Assembly: GCF_009914755.1 (NCBI RefSeq)
Contig: NC_060929.1
DNA: 64,000 bases
Source: the human T2T-CHM13v2.0 reference genome, Homo sapiens
Strand: one strand, 5' to 3'
Under the pieces are notes generated by a model, which did no database searches, was not told the origin of the DNA, and was given only the letters and a program-made list of their open reading frames with translations. The position numbers were made by a program, and so were the translations under genes. Shown here one piece after another: positions 14,477-29,560 of this stretch. Numbering within the stretch: the first letter of the stretch is position 1; every line of letters starts with the position of its first letter.

Positions 14477-14531
14477 CTGGATCAGCTGCAGTGAAAGGAA
14501 CACCATCAGATGTATAAAATGTTGGTTCATT
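14477..14531 (-). CDS. PAIP1: PAIP1 exon 9 (NEPTFYTSDGVPFTAADP)
   Basis: TAG acceptor, GTATGT donor, 55 nt. Confidence 0.97.
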
Positions 14532-14743
14532 CTAGGATGAATCAAAGTGATAAAAATATGTAATCATTTCAGAATTGATTTTTGTAAGTACAATAATGAA
14601 GCATGGCTGATGTCACCCGTCTGCACCTGATAATGCAAGAACAAGCAAAGGAACCTAACTTCCTGGTAGCCATTTTCACTTCACTGAGAAAGTCTATGGT
14701 TTTCAGATTTCCATGCCATTATCTCAAGTTCTTGTGGTTCTAA

Positions 14744-15286
<543 letters not shown>

Positions 15287-15591
15287 TGAGATGCAGGTCC
15301 TTGGTTATAAATTCTCTGGAAAAGCTGCTTCCTGGCATCCCTGTGCTCACTTAAGTCCAAGCCTTGTCAATCTCTCTTGCCATTGGATATATCTTTCTCT
15401 AGTCCACCCTTTCACTGGAGAATTCCAGGTCTCTTTTCTTTTTTACCCAGTCTGATGGCTGCCATGTCACTCAAAGCCAGTGAAGACAGTTATTAGGCAC
15501 TGAATTCTGAGAACAGCTTTATGTAGCTCTTCTAATTTCCAAAACGGAATTCAAGCAATAAGTAAAACTTAAAATATAAACACTGGCATAC

Positions 15592-15709
15592 CATAAAGTA
15601 GTTAGGATCATTTTCTGGTGTTGCTTCTCTATATGTTGAAGTTGCATGGACTCTGCCCCAGTTACTTGACCGGAGTTCTACAAGCTTCAAGAGCATCTGT
15701 TTTACATCT
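15592..15709 (-). CDS. PAIP1: PAIP1 exon 8 (DVKQMLLKLVELRSSNWGRVHATSTYREATPENDPNYFM)
   Basis: CAG acceptor, GTATGC donor, 118 nt. Confidence 0.97.
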
Positions 15710-16272
15710 CTGTAGACAAAGTTGAAAATGAGTTAGTGTATCCACCATAAGGGCTGTCAGACCCTAAAATATCTCAGATTCCCAAAACTTTATTTCCTTA
15801 ATTTAACAGGTACATCTGATGCCTTGACTTTCTAGACGTTTCCTATATGACATAAATTCATTTAAAAAAAAAATAGCCTTGAATTATGTTCCACGTAACT
15901 ATGACTATATGGACCTTAAAGGCAGTGGCTATCCTTCAAACATTTTTATGTGTCCTACTATACTTACAGTAGTACTTTTATTTGTTGGACAGTTAATATT
16001 TGGATTTTGTTTTTCATTTAATTCATATCTTAAGAAAATTAGCTTTTTCAATTTCTAAATGTAATTGAGCAAAAATATCTGACACGTCTATCACAAAAAT
16101 GTCTAGTGAGCAGAAACTATAGGTAAAATATTATTCCTTTAAAGAAAAGCATTTTTGTATATCCGTTAGCCATCAACTTACCCTGCTGAAGTATAGCAAA
16201 TTAAAAAACAATCTCCAAAGAAAAAGCAAGAAATTGAGATGCACTGGCTATTTACATTACTTCTTTTCCTAC

Positions 16273-16379
16273 CTACTGCAGTTTGCATCTAGGACAACGT
16301 TTTCAATTCTCTGAATAATTTCTTCCATATCCATCTTTCCTTTTTCCTTCCAAGCATCTTCCAAAACTGATCCTGTCAA
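16273..16379 (-). CDS. PAIP1: PAIP1 exon 7 (LTGSVLEDAWKEKGKMDMEEIIQRIENVVLDANCS)
   Basis: TAG acceptor, GTAGGA donor, 107 nt. Confidence 0.97.
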
Positions 16380-17559
16380 CTAAAAAAGCAGGTGTCAGTA
16401 AAATAAGAAATTCAATAGTGTATTATAGAAATTCTAAAAAGATACCAGTAACAGTTCAAGCATTCTCTAAACAAGATGAATTTAGCAAGTTTAATATTCC
16501 TAATTATTCTGTCTACCATCTAATATTCAGTGATCTCTACGCCCTCTATATTTCTCTTGACTGAGAGAAACTAAAACAAAAAAAACAATAGCAGGACTTT
16601 AATCATGGGTTTTATGTCAACGACTGTTATATTCCCTGTATGACTAAGATAGGCTATTAGATTTTAATGAACATGTCACTTTTTTTGAAATATACAGCAA
16701 GCAACAAGTATAGAAGCTTTGAATTAAAAAAAAAAAAACACAAACATGCATTTCATCAGGAAATAAATCAGTTAAGGATTTAAACAGGTAATTTATAGGA
16801 AATAATAAACAAATGGCTAATAAACATGAAGAAATGCTTAAAATCATCTGACAAAACAAAAACCAAGATTGATTATATCCATCACTATAAGGATGTAGGA
16901 AGAGATGTACTCATTCTGCTGATGGGGCTATACTCTGGTTCAGCATTTGGAAGGCAAATTAGCCATTACTTGTCGTAAAATACATATGCTCGTCGACCCA
17001 CCAAATCCGTGTTTAAGAATTTAACCTACAAAAGTATCTGCACATATATATGACAAGAGGAAAGATTACAAGCAATGCTGCCATGGCTAAACTGAAGATA
17101 ATCCAAATATTCATTAGTAAACATTGATAGATGTTACGGAATGGATAAACAATGCATATGCATATGACAGAATACTAGGAAGTTATTCAATAAAAGAGGT
17201 AAATCTCTGTGCCATGGAAAAATCTAAGATGTTTCATTAGGTGGCAAAAACAAAAACAAAAAGCCAGAACAGAGTAAGATCTTATTTAATAAGAGCACAT
17301 ATACAGAGATAAGAAGGGAAGAAGACAGAATTTGCAAATGGAAATGGCGTAAAGGACTTCCATTTTTCACTTCTGAACTTGCTTCATATATTAAACAATA
17401 AGTATATCTCGCTTTTCCAAAATATTCGAGAAAAAAGTAAAATGTCAATATTTACCTTAAAGTGATAAATCTTGAATTCATCTGTATACTATACAGACTA
17501 ACCTTCCTCTAAATCATAAGTAAATACGTAAATTAGTTAAATTAAAAAAAAAAACCTAC

Positions 17560-17685
17560 CTTTAACAATTTTACTGCACAAATTAAATTGTCATCCATAG
17601 GATTAGAAAACAGGGCATTCAGCAATTCTCGAAGACCAACCTGAAGAATATCTGCTCTTGTAACCTGTCCATTTGTTCCCTTGAT
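17560..17685 (-). CDS. PAIP1: PAIP1 exon 6 (IKGTNGQVTRADILQVGLRELLNALFSNPMDDNLICAVKLLK; MIF4G)
   Basis: AAG acceptor, GTAGGT donor, 126 nt; matches the ORF track. Confidence 0.97.
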
Positions 17686-18454
17686 CTTTCGGGACCAAAA
17701 AAAAGAACAAAAGGAATGATGCCAAAATATAATACAGATACATAAATGAACTAACAAGGTGTTGGCAAAATAAGCATTTTAGCTAAATCACAAAAGTCAC
17801 AGGAACACACTCTGATATCTTCACAGAATTTGTTAGAATTACTTTATATGTAACTAAGACCTCTAATAAAACTGGTAAGCTATGGGTAAAATTTAATACC
17901 AGAGTCAGCATAATTTAAGCCCACTTTGATGTTACTACTTCATAAAGCTTTCTTTAGTTTGTTCAACTACCACTTTTTTTTGAACACACAGCATTTTATT
18001 CTGCTTTTAAAATATTTTAAAATATGGTATTTTGCATCAGAGTGGTATATGTATCTTATATCACTGTGTAGAAGAATTTTAGGTGCAGGAACTAAGCCTT
18101 ATCTTTACATCCCCCATTGACCTAGCATCATTATCTCCATATAGAAAATGCTCAACAGTATTTATTTTAGATTGCTGTCCATATTTTGGCTTAAACAAAA
18201 ATTAGACTGAAAAAGAACATGGCATAAGATTTTTCAAAAAACTAAGTCTACCTGTGGTAAAAAGGCATAGTAAGTTAGGCTCTGGACTGGACATAGACCT
18301 TTTAGATACAATGACTGAGATGCACATTTGATAGATTCACATTGTCTTATGATGTTTCTGATATTATGGCGTTTACGATCTTAAGTTCTCAAATCAGGGT
18401 GTAAGAAGGTATAAGCTTATATCTGATATTCACTAATTTAAAAAATCAAGCAGA

Positions 18455-18760
<306 letters not shown>

Positions 18761-18939
18761 TCAAGCAAATCTATTACACAGTAATAATGCCGTGCTGAAT
18801 CCAGCACTTCTATTGCCTACTAACAAGCATATACTTAAGTATACCACCCAAATTTATAAATACGTTTAGCTGTAGACTTTGTACAAATGCATTTTTATGT
18901 GGAAGATTAATATATAAAATAGGACAAAAAAGAACTATT

Positions 18940-19215
18940 CTTAGGGGTTGGGGTATTGGGGAGATGTTGGTCAAAGGACACAGAATTTCATTTAGGGGGA
19001 ATAAGTTCAAGAGATCTCTTGTACACCATGATGACTATAGTTAACAATATATTGTATACATGAAAACTGCTAAAAATTTTAAGTGTTCTTAACACAAAAA
19101 AGTATGTCAAGTAATGCATATGTTAAATAGCTTGATTTAGCCATTCTACGATGTATGCATATATCAAAGTGTTGTGTACCATAAAGTTATAATTTTTGTC
19201 AATTAAAAAAATATT
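18940..19215 (+). mobile_element. L1MA-like 3' end
   Basis: GGGAGATGTTGGTCAAAGG...TTGTCAATTAAAAAA resembles an L1 3' UTR. Confidence 0.7.
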
Positions 19216-19663
19216 TTTAAAAAACTATTTGGGTGAATTAGAGTGAAAAGCCTAGAGAGACTCTAGTCTCTCTTTTCACTCAGAGTTCTGCAGAGTAAAC
19301 TGCTTTGAGCCACCATCTGAAAGTCAACATACTAAATGTATTAATATATAAGATGTAAGAACTCAAAAAGGTATCACTGTTGATATCTCAAGAACTTAAA
19401 TTTGCATGTAAACCACAGCTTCCTAAAAGTACGCAGATTTTTACCTCAGTAATTATTTCCTAACATTCTGTCCATGAGTAAATGTTATGGACAGACGGTC
19501 CAGTAAACCACAGACACTAGCAGGTGCCGAAACATGTTTTCTTTCCTCTCTCTTTCATTTCACTCTTAATGTTGTAAAAGTACAATGTGAACACAAATTC
19601 CTCATTGAGATCAACTTATGTTCTCAGGCCTTGTTAGTACTTAACAAAAGAAAAACTTCTCAC

Positions 19664-19775
19664 CTCCAGGTTAAGATAAAGTTCTCCCAGAAAGAGTACA
19701 AATGCATGAAATCGTTTTCGAGTAACTTCATCCCCTTTTGCAGCTTGATCTTTAACTTCATATTCAGTCCGACAT
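19664..19775 (-). CDS. PAIP1: PAIP1 exon 5 (CRTEYEVKDQAAKGDEVTRKRFHAFVLFLGELYLNLE; MIF4G)
   Basis: TAG acceptor, GTGAGA donor, 112 nt. Confidence 0.97.
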
Positions 19776-20192
19776 CTAATTAAAGACATATCTTTTATAA
19801 TCTCACATTGCTTTGCTTTTTAAATAGTCAAACAAAATAACCATTTGTCAGTTTGGTTGTCCACAGCAAGAGGCAAGGACAATGTCCCAATGCTCTTTCT
19901 ACAATAAAGAAACTGTTCCTGACTATTGAAGAGGCTAGAATATACACCATCTTTTCATACTAAGTCTCCCAGTTTGAAAAAACTGATAGTTTTATTTTCA
20001 ACGATTTTTATCAAATTTATAATATGTTTAAGCAACATAGGTGTAATCTGATTCACAGCATACTGGCAGCCCAAAGAGGGGAGAGAGAGCCTCACCTTGT
20101 CTTATAGGTTTTTTACTAAGAAAGCACTGATTTTACCCAAATTGTCTCTGTAATTTTTTTTTTAATACTACAACTTTGAAAAGGATCTTTAA

Positions 20193-20196
<4 letters not shown>

Positions 20197-20225
<29 letters not shown>

Positions 20226-20226
20226 A
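20197..20226. repeat. (CA)n microsatellite
   Basis: Seen directly. Confidence 0.9.
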
Positions 20227-21514
20227 CCTCCAACTGAAAATAAAATGAATTGTTTTTAAGTCCATTATTCTTGTAATTTCCATTATACGTATCAGAGAAG
20301 TACTAATGTGAGGAAAAAATTCCCCCATTAAAACCACAATATAGAAAGCACCGGACTTGTTTTCTATTTCCAATGAGACTGACAGCTTCAAATAACTGAT
20401 TTTTCCTTGCTCTCTTTGCCCCTGACTTGACCCATTTGCTTCACACAGAGGAGAAAAAGAAGAAATCCTCTTCTTGGAGCTTATTGTCAGTCATAGTTCC
20501 TACGAGGTAACTAAACTAGGCACAATAATCCTGTCACTGCCTTCATAAGTGAACTACAGTGTCAGATATTGTTACTAACATAGATTTTTTAAATGGACTG
20601 TAAAAGTTTATCATTTTGTTATTAAGTATTTGTAATCTTTATTGATAAGGTGAGAAAACTCTGGGAAAGTAACTTGCTTCACAAAACTGGTTTTGACAGT
20701 TTTCCTTTTCAAGACAAAGGGAAAAGCTATGGGTACTGAATGGTTTCCACGCAGCCAGTTTAGGTTGACTTTGTAAACAATTTTTAACAAAGAAAAAATA
20801 AATTACCTCTTGTTCAGTAATTGACTCTGGGTCAGTTTGCCAACCACGAAACCCCAGCACAGCTTACTGTGCTTACGTGGCCAATTCCAATGTTTACGAG
20901 GTATATTAACTGAGCAACATCTTCTGTTTAAGTCAAATGTGGTAAGATATTTGTTATCATCTTGTACATATTAAATTCCTCATCAGAAAAAAGTTGGGAT
21001 ATTTATAGATAGTACATTCTGGTTAATAATGGAAGAGATCAGTTAATTAATGCCAAATCAGTTATTTAAAAACACCTGTTGGCTGCTTTTCTGTTACAAC
21101 TTTGTCGGTAAGAGTTGATGAAATAACTTTTTTTTCATAAAATGCTATGACAGACTGTACGTTAGGATATGATTATGTACATGCAAACAAATACCTACAT
21201 AATTGACTAGGTGAAAAGTCAAATTTTTAAGCTAAAGATTTTCAATTATAAAAGCAATATATGTTTATTTTGGAAAGGTTAAAACAGAAAAAGTATAAAG
21301 AACAAAGTCACCTGCACTACTACTAAAAACAAGAGATAACTGCTGTGAAGGTAACTTCCGTTCCATCTTTTTCAAAGTATGTATATATTTTTTAAAGAGG
21401 TAGCAGAATTATGCTTTGCTTTTTACTTGTTAGCTCACTAGTATTTCTCTACATTATTATTGACAGGATTACAGTACTACAGAAGCACATATGGTGGGTA
21501 ACAGTCAATGAGAA

Positions 21515-21682
21515 GAGTGGGTCTCAATCATAGCTATACAGTAGAATCACTTGGGAAGCTTTAAAAAACCATGTCCTAGCTCCACCTCGTCTAATTACAC
21601 CAGAATTTCAAAGGGTTCAGACAGGATCTCGGCTTTAAGTATCTAGGTAACTCTAAGGCACAGCCGGGGGTGAGAAGCACTG
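21515..21682. mobile_element. MER5-like hAT MITE
   Basis: AGTGGGTCTCAA...TGAGAAGCACTG termini. Confidence 0.6.
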
Positions 21683-21862
21683 AAAAATATGAGTGAGCAT
21701 TCCTGGCGTCCTACCGCCTACAAGTACCCACTCTGAATCTTTACAGAAGCTATAATTTGTGTTTCTTTAATTATAAGTATGGTTAGATATCTTTTTATAA
21801 CTTTGACATTTGTATTTTTCCAAACTGTATCTATATCTATTTGGCGCTATTCCAAGTATTTT

Positions 21863-22157
<295 letters not shown>

Positions 22158-22188
22158 CATTCCAAGTATTTTTATAAAGATACTAGTC

Positions 22189-22490
22189 GGCCGGGCGCGG
22201 TGACTCACGCCTGTAATCCCAGCACTTTGGGAGGCCGAGACGGGCGGATCACCAGGTCAGCAGATCGAGACCATCCTGGCTAACACGGTGAAACTCCGTC
22301 TCTACTAAAAATACAAAAAATTAGCCGGCCTGGTGGCGGGCGTGCCTGTAGTCCCAGCTACTAGGAAGGCTGAGGCAGGAGAATGCTGTGAACGGAGGCG
22401 GAGCTTGCAGTGAGCCAAGATCGCGCGCCACTGCACTCCAGCCTGGGGTGACAGAGCAAGACTCTGTCTCAAAAAAAAAAAAAAAAAAAA
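22189..22490 (+). mobile_element. AluY
   Basis: ATCGAGACCATCCTGGCTAACACGG; TSD AAAGATACTAGT at 22176-22187 and 22491-22502. Confidence 0.93.
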
Positions 22491-22757
22491 AAAGATACTA
22501 GTTTTTTTCTTACTCATTCCCAAGAGGCCCCTCTTTTCGTATTAAATAAATAAGCTCATTGCCATGTGTTATACACTATCTGATTTTTACTTCATAAATG
22601 TATGCCTTCCCCCCAAAATGCTGCAATCCATATGTAACTAAATGTATTAATCTCTTGTTTTAGGGCCTGTGGGTATCATGTCTTGTTTAAAAGGTCTTTA
22701 CCATGCCAAGATTTCTGTTTACTTGCCAATTTCCCACTTAGCATTTATCATTTCAAC

Positions 22758-23093
22758 TTTTTTTTTTTTTTTTTTTTTTTTTTGAGACGGAGTCTCGCTC
22801 TGTCGCCCAGGCTGGAGTGCAGTGGTGTGATCCGGGCTCACACTGCAAGGTCCGCCTCCCGGGTTCACGCCATTCTCCTGCCTCAGCCTCCCAAGTAGCT
22901 GGGACTAAAGGTACCCGCCACCACGCCCAGCTTTTTTTTTTTTTTTTTGTATTTTTAGGGTTTTTTTTGTTATTTTAGTAAAGATGAGGTTTCACCATGT
23001 TAGCCAGGATGGCCTCAATCTCCTGAACTCGTGAGCCGCCCACCTCAGCCTCCCAAAGTACTGGGATTACAGGCATGAGCCACTGTGCCCCAC
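22758..23093 (-). mobile_element. AluY-like with expanded middle A-tract
   Basis: Reverse Alu; TATCATTTCA on both flanks. Confidence 0.9.
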
Positions 23094-23482
23094 CTATCAT
23101 TTCACTTTTAATAAGTCTCTGACATATTTGGGATTTCAGCACAGAGAGTGAGATGGGAACTCATCTTTTTTTCCCAAATGACTATCCAGTTATGCTACCA
23201 GCACAATTTATCCTTTTTATCAAAAGCTTGAATTTTCAAGGGTCTCTGGGGTCTACTTCTAGAATCTTTATTCTGTTCCACTGCAGTTTAACCACACAAT
23301 GGAATGCTTTGCAATCATTAAAAGTCACTTAAAAAACTAATGGACGAACTATAATAAACTTGAAGATAACCTTGTTACTGAAGACATCAAATTATAAGAA
23401 AACTAGTTTTCTCTAAATTAGCTTATAAATTGAGTATTATCTCCAAAATATCTAACATACTAGCAAGACTTGTGTAATTTCA

Positions 23483-23875
<393 letters not shown>

Positions 23876-23893
23876 TTAAAAATGATAGCTTTT

Positions 23894-24193
23894 GGCAGTG
23901 CAGGGTGGCTCATGCCTGTAATCCCAGCACTTTGGGAGGCTGAGGTGGGTGGATCACATGAGATCAGGAGTTTGAGACCAGCCTAGCCAACATGGTGAAA
24001 CCCGTCTCTACTAAAAATACAAAAATTAGCCGGGCATGGTGGCGGGTGCCTGTAGTCCCAGCTACTGGGTAGGCTGAGGCAGGAAAATCACTTGAACCTG
24101 TGGGAGGCAGAGGTTGCAGTGAGCCAAGAGCGTGCCGCTGCACTCCAGCCTGGGAGACAAAGTGAGACTCCATCTCAAAAAAAAAAAAAAAAA
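23894..24193 (+). mobile_element. AluS
   Basis: Alu consensus; AGCTTTT on both flanks. Confidence 0.92.
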
Positions 24194-24646
24194 GCTTTTT
24201 AATAGCTATTGTATGAATTGTATGGTAATAAAAAGGAACAGAATAAGTGATAAATGGAATGAAAATCCAGAATCAAAACCCAAATAATGCAAGTGTGATA
24301 AAAGTGGCAATTCAAATCAATAAGGAAAAATGGATTATTCACTTTTATTCTAATCTAAATAAAATTAGATCCTTATTCAAACCAAAGCTACCAAAGTAAT
24401 AAGAATTACATAAGTGTTTATTTTTAAGATCTTGGAAAAGGAAAGATCTTTCTAAACACAAAACCAAATTCACAGACCATTACAGAAAAAAGACTGGTAT
24501 ACTGAACTATAAACTTCAAATATAATGCACATAAGAATAGGCTGCCCTATTCTTTCCTGCAGCTTTTTATAATATATGGTCTGAGGAATGGTCAAATTCT
24601 AGTATATTTAGAAGTAGTTTTCCTTTAATTTCACATTTACACTGAC

Positions 24647-24759
24647 CTTTGAAGTAGCAATTGGCGGAAGTTGCCACTCTGTGGGCTAATTGTCAGATGA
24701 TGGGACAGGTAATTACACAGGCGAGCTCCCATATAAGAGAAATTTGGGATAGATGTGGC
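24647..24759 (-). CDS. PAIP1: PAIP1 exon 4 (ATSIPNFSYMGARLCNYLSHHLTISPQSGNFRQLLLQ; MIF4G)
   Basis: AAG acceptor, GTCAGT donor, 113 nt. Confidence 0.97.
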
Positions 24760-25504
24760 CTTTTAAAAAGAAGAAAAGTGTTATATGACATAGGTACATC
24801 ATTATTAATGTAAATACTTAACAGCAACATTCTAAAGAAGAAAAAATTGACTCCCCAAACTGACCATATATACAAGTCTTTTGTCATTGTTAGGCTTAAG
24901 GAAATTAAATTCACTTTCCCTCCCAACCTTACAGCAAGAACCACAATAAGTACAAAAAAAAAAAAAAAAAAAGAAAAAACCCATCAGTTACCTGAGGCTA
25001 CCAGAAAGCGAAGAGATAATGTCTCCTGATGCTAACCCATTTTTTGCAGAAAACCTGTACATGTCCTCAACTGCACAGTGACAATTATGAATGAGAATAT
25101 TGCCAAACTGTTGACCAGTGGGGCTTCTTGGGGCAGGAAAGCACAGACTTTTTAGTGTTTGGCAGTCCAGGACAAGATTCCCTGGCATTTTGCTTCATGA
25201 CTTTGGACATCAGTAAACCTCCCTGAGCTTCAGTTAGACTTTAAAGAGGTGATTAATGGTAACTGGCACAAGCAACTAACACTTAAACACTCCAAGAATG
25301 ATTGGGTAAAGGGGAAATGAAAACAGCTAAGCTACTTAAAAACAGAAAAAAAAAAAAGTAAGAAAACACTACACATCAAAGATTGTTGATATAACTGAAG
25401 CAGTGTTCAGCAAGTTTAACTTTAATTGCAATTTCTAAAGAATAGTAGAGAACATAGTTTACCATCTAATATTAGGTAAGAAAACACACATTAAAAGGTT
25501 AAGA

Positions 25505-25784
25505 AGTCGGGCACAGTGGCTCATGCCTGTATTCCTAGTACTCTGGAAGGCCAAGGCCAGAGGATCGCTTGAGGCCATGAGTTCAAGACCAGCCTAGTCA
25601 ACACAGTGTGACCACCATCTCTATAAAAAAATTTTAAAATTAGCTGGGCACGGTAGCATGCACCGTAGTCCCAGCTACTCTGGAGGCTGAGGTGGAAGGA
25701 TCACTTGAGTGCAGGAGTTCAAGGCTGCAGTGAGCTGTGGTCACGCCACTGCACTCTAGTCTGGGTGACAAAACAAAGCCCCCA

Positions 25785-25818
<34 letters not shown>
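25505..25818 (+). mobile_element. AluJ
   Basis: GGATCGCTTGAG and AAGGCTGCAGTGAGCT J-type positions. Confidence 0.88.
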
Positions 25819-25822
<4 letters not shown>

Positions 25823-26261
25823 AGGGACTTGGCCACAAATGTAATTGAACATAGAATCTAGATCTAACAAATGTCCTGCTACCCCTCTGACTCTATATGT
25901 TGGGTCTACTTACTAACTTTTATTTCTAATTATTTCCTTGCTCACATGGGGCCAGTATATGTCACATTAAGGGAGAAAGAGTGATTTCTCCTGACATCAT
26001 GTATGTTTAGCTGGTACCCAAGACTTGGTTCACCCTTACATTTTTCCCATTATTGGCACTGCATGTTTTCCTTTAGCTTCTTTTTAGTGTTATAACACGA
26101 TTTAAAGACAAGTTCTATAAGGCTTGTCATTCAACAGTTTCCTACTTACATCCCGGTTTTACTCCCAAAGACAACCACTTTTGACTTCTTCAGCCAAAAA
26201 TGTTTTAATCCCCATATCTCCGCACTACGTAATTTTTCAGTTTAGATGTTATTTCTTACTG

Positions 26262-26570
26262 CAACTTGAGCATCCCTGTCCAAAAATCTAAAATCCTCCA
26301 AAAACAGAAAATATGAGTGTCCACATAATGCCAAAAGTGGAAAATTCCACACCTGACCTCATGTGACAGGTCAGTCAAAACACAGGTGTACAACACATAA
26401 TTTATTCAGCATCCCCAAAGGAAAAAAGACCCTGTCAACCCCCTTCAGCTGTAATATACTTAGGTACCCTCCCTGAGGTGTCTCATTATATACTGGATAT
26501 GCTAAATCTGAAAAAATCCATCTGAAATGCTTGAAATCTCAAGCATTTCAGATACGGGATACTCAACTTA
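26262..26570. mobile_element. Tigger4/Zombi-like MITE
   Basis: Inverted termini TTGAGCATCCC ... GGGATACTCAA. Confidence 0.7.
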
Positions 26571-27412
26571 CAGTTTCCCATCATGGAAGATGAGCTTTTA
26601 GCTTTCACCCTGCTTAATTTCACCCCACTCTACTATTTCCTCCTATCACAGTATGGTTATGATTTTATTCATTTGCTGTGTTTTCATTTATAGCTGAACC
26701 ATGTATTACACTGCTTTTACTTTTGCACAACTTTGTCTTCCCTAGATTCAGTTTTTACTACACTTTTATATTCTTCTCATTGATTTATCCCTAAACTCAC
26801 TACTCTGTAAATTTCTTCTTATGTCTTACAGCATGTGTGCTCATCTTATTACAGAAGTCTTTCCTGGAGCCTTCTGACCTAGTCCAGTGAAGCCTGGCTG
26901 CTTCAGACCTACTATGCATGCTGCTATTGTTTTGAGATCTCCTTTGAACCATCATCTGGACAGTTCACTTAGTCTCTCCTGTAGAGTTCCTTTTCCTGGT
27001 TCCCATGTCTTCATCCGTGGCATAACTCCTCTTTTTGACAGAGTACGTCCTTTGTTAATTTCATAAGAAGGGTTACAACAAAATTTCAAACCGGCTGTTC
27101 AGTGTAAAAAGATCTGGATGGTCTAACTTTTTAGATTCTCAAGCAATCCTTTTAGCCTCATTCCATCCTTATTTTAGAACCTTTTAGGTTTTGCACTGTA
27201 AGTCATGGTGATTCTCAGCTTTACCACCACTGGCTTGGAATTCAACGTTAGATCTGCCAAATCAGGTACCACTCACCCACCTGCTTTCTAGTCTTCAAAA
27301 CTAGTGCTTTTCTTTTCCTCTTCTCTGTCCCTATGAGCTTCCGCCTTTTAAAAATCCCCATAGCATCATTTTAGTGGTGTTTGGGAGATATCAGAGTTGA
27401 ATGTGTATTTAA

Positions 27413-27775
<363 letters not shown>

Positions 27776-28403
27776 TAAATTACCTCAATGAAACTTAGCA
27801 GCTATTGATAAACCTATGCATCATTGATCATAGAATATTAAAACATTAAACATACTGACTACATATTTGACAATCAGAGAAATAGTTGACGCTTATCAGG
27901 TTACTGACCCTTTGTCCAGCCCTGAATAAGTATAATTACGCAGCCTACTGAATAACTGAAACTAAATAGTGGAGGAAGCCAGAAAGGCAACAAGAAATAA
28001 ATACATTTGTTTCATTTTCTTATCTCATATTCCTTTTCAATCCATTTATCAGCAGAAAGCAGAAATGAGGACAAACAGTGCAGTTCTGTCTTCCTAACAT
28101 CTCAGGTACTTCCTCAAAACTGACAGTTGGCTAGGTAATCTTGGGGTCCAGTAACCATCCAGAATAACTTGGAAAAGCAGCCAAATGAAACATTAGGATA
28201 GAAAATAATCATTAATTTGCATTATAATCTCCCTTCCATATATTCCAAATTTGAGTTGCTCTTGTAACAGTGACTTAAAGAACCTAAAGTTTACATTTCT
28301 GATCATGGCCCATTTTTTTTGACCAGTCTCACACTGACTAAGAAATTTTGTGTTAAGCCAGTGTTGTCTACTGTATTTTTCACTTTTAAAATAGCATTAA
28401 TGA

Positions 28404-28719
<316 letters not shown>

Positions 28720-29374
28720 TTAATATGTTAATGACCAATATGCTGGGATAAAAACTAAATGTTGTATAATGAAACAATTTCAACTGACTAAATTAGACTT
28801 TCAAGGAATTAAGATGAAATCCTTAAATTTTAAAAGAAAGCAAAGGCAAGTAGAAATGCTAAGACAAGACATTTTATGGTTTGGCTTTCTTTTTTTTAAA
28901 GACCTACTTATGAGGCAAGCAAATTCTCTCAATTTTTTTCCTCCCCTACTCTAATACTACTATTCAATTCAACACATAGGGGAAAAGAATTGCAGTCTTT
29001 TCTGGTACTGCTAATTTCAGAGCCTGCAAAACAAGGGGCAGGGTTTTGGTGGGGGTGACACTTATGTAGCCTTCGTTTTCAGTGCCCATATCACCTTCTA
29101 TACTATACTGCTTGTATAGAGCTTTGGCTAAACAGGTGAATATTACCTATATTGAATCTTGACTACACATGTGAACTTGCAATCCTGTCTGGCTCTACCC
29201 TTGGATCCCTAACTATAGGAGTTTTATACAAGACAGACTTAGAACTCCCGGAAACTATAAAGAGTAAGTGTGGAGGCAGGTGATCATGAATCTGGTCTCC
29301 CTCAAGGAGTAGCCACTATCCTTGGGCTTCAAGGAAGCTATCTGAAGGTCACTGCATGCTATAAGCCAACATAC

Positions 29375-29560
29375 CTGTTGATAGATGAGTTCCACAAGTT
29401 CTTGCAAAGCATCATCTGTTGTAACACAACCATTCAGGGTCTCTGCAAACTGTTCAATTTCAGTTTCAAAACTGCCAGGCTGCTCTGTAAGATGATTCAA
29501 AAAATCCTGAACATATTCTGATAGAGTAGGATAATCCTCACAACCATCCTCATAGGATTC
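29375..29560 (-). CDS. PAIP1: PAIP1 exon 3 (ESYEDGCEDYPTLSEYVQDFLNHLTEQPGSFETEIEQFAETLNGCVTTDDALQELVELIYQQ)
   Basis: TAG acceptor, GTATGT donor, 186 nt. Confidence 0.97.

Noticed and set aside
20855-20872. AGCACAG-CTTA-CTGTGCT hairpin as a possible IRE
   Set aside because: Only 7 bp, intronic, and lacks the CAGUGN loop and bulged C
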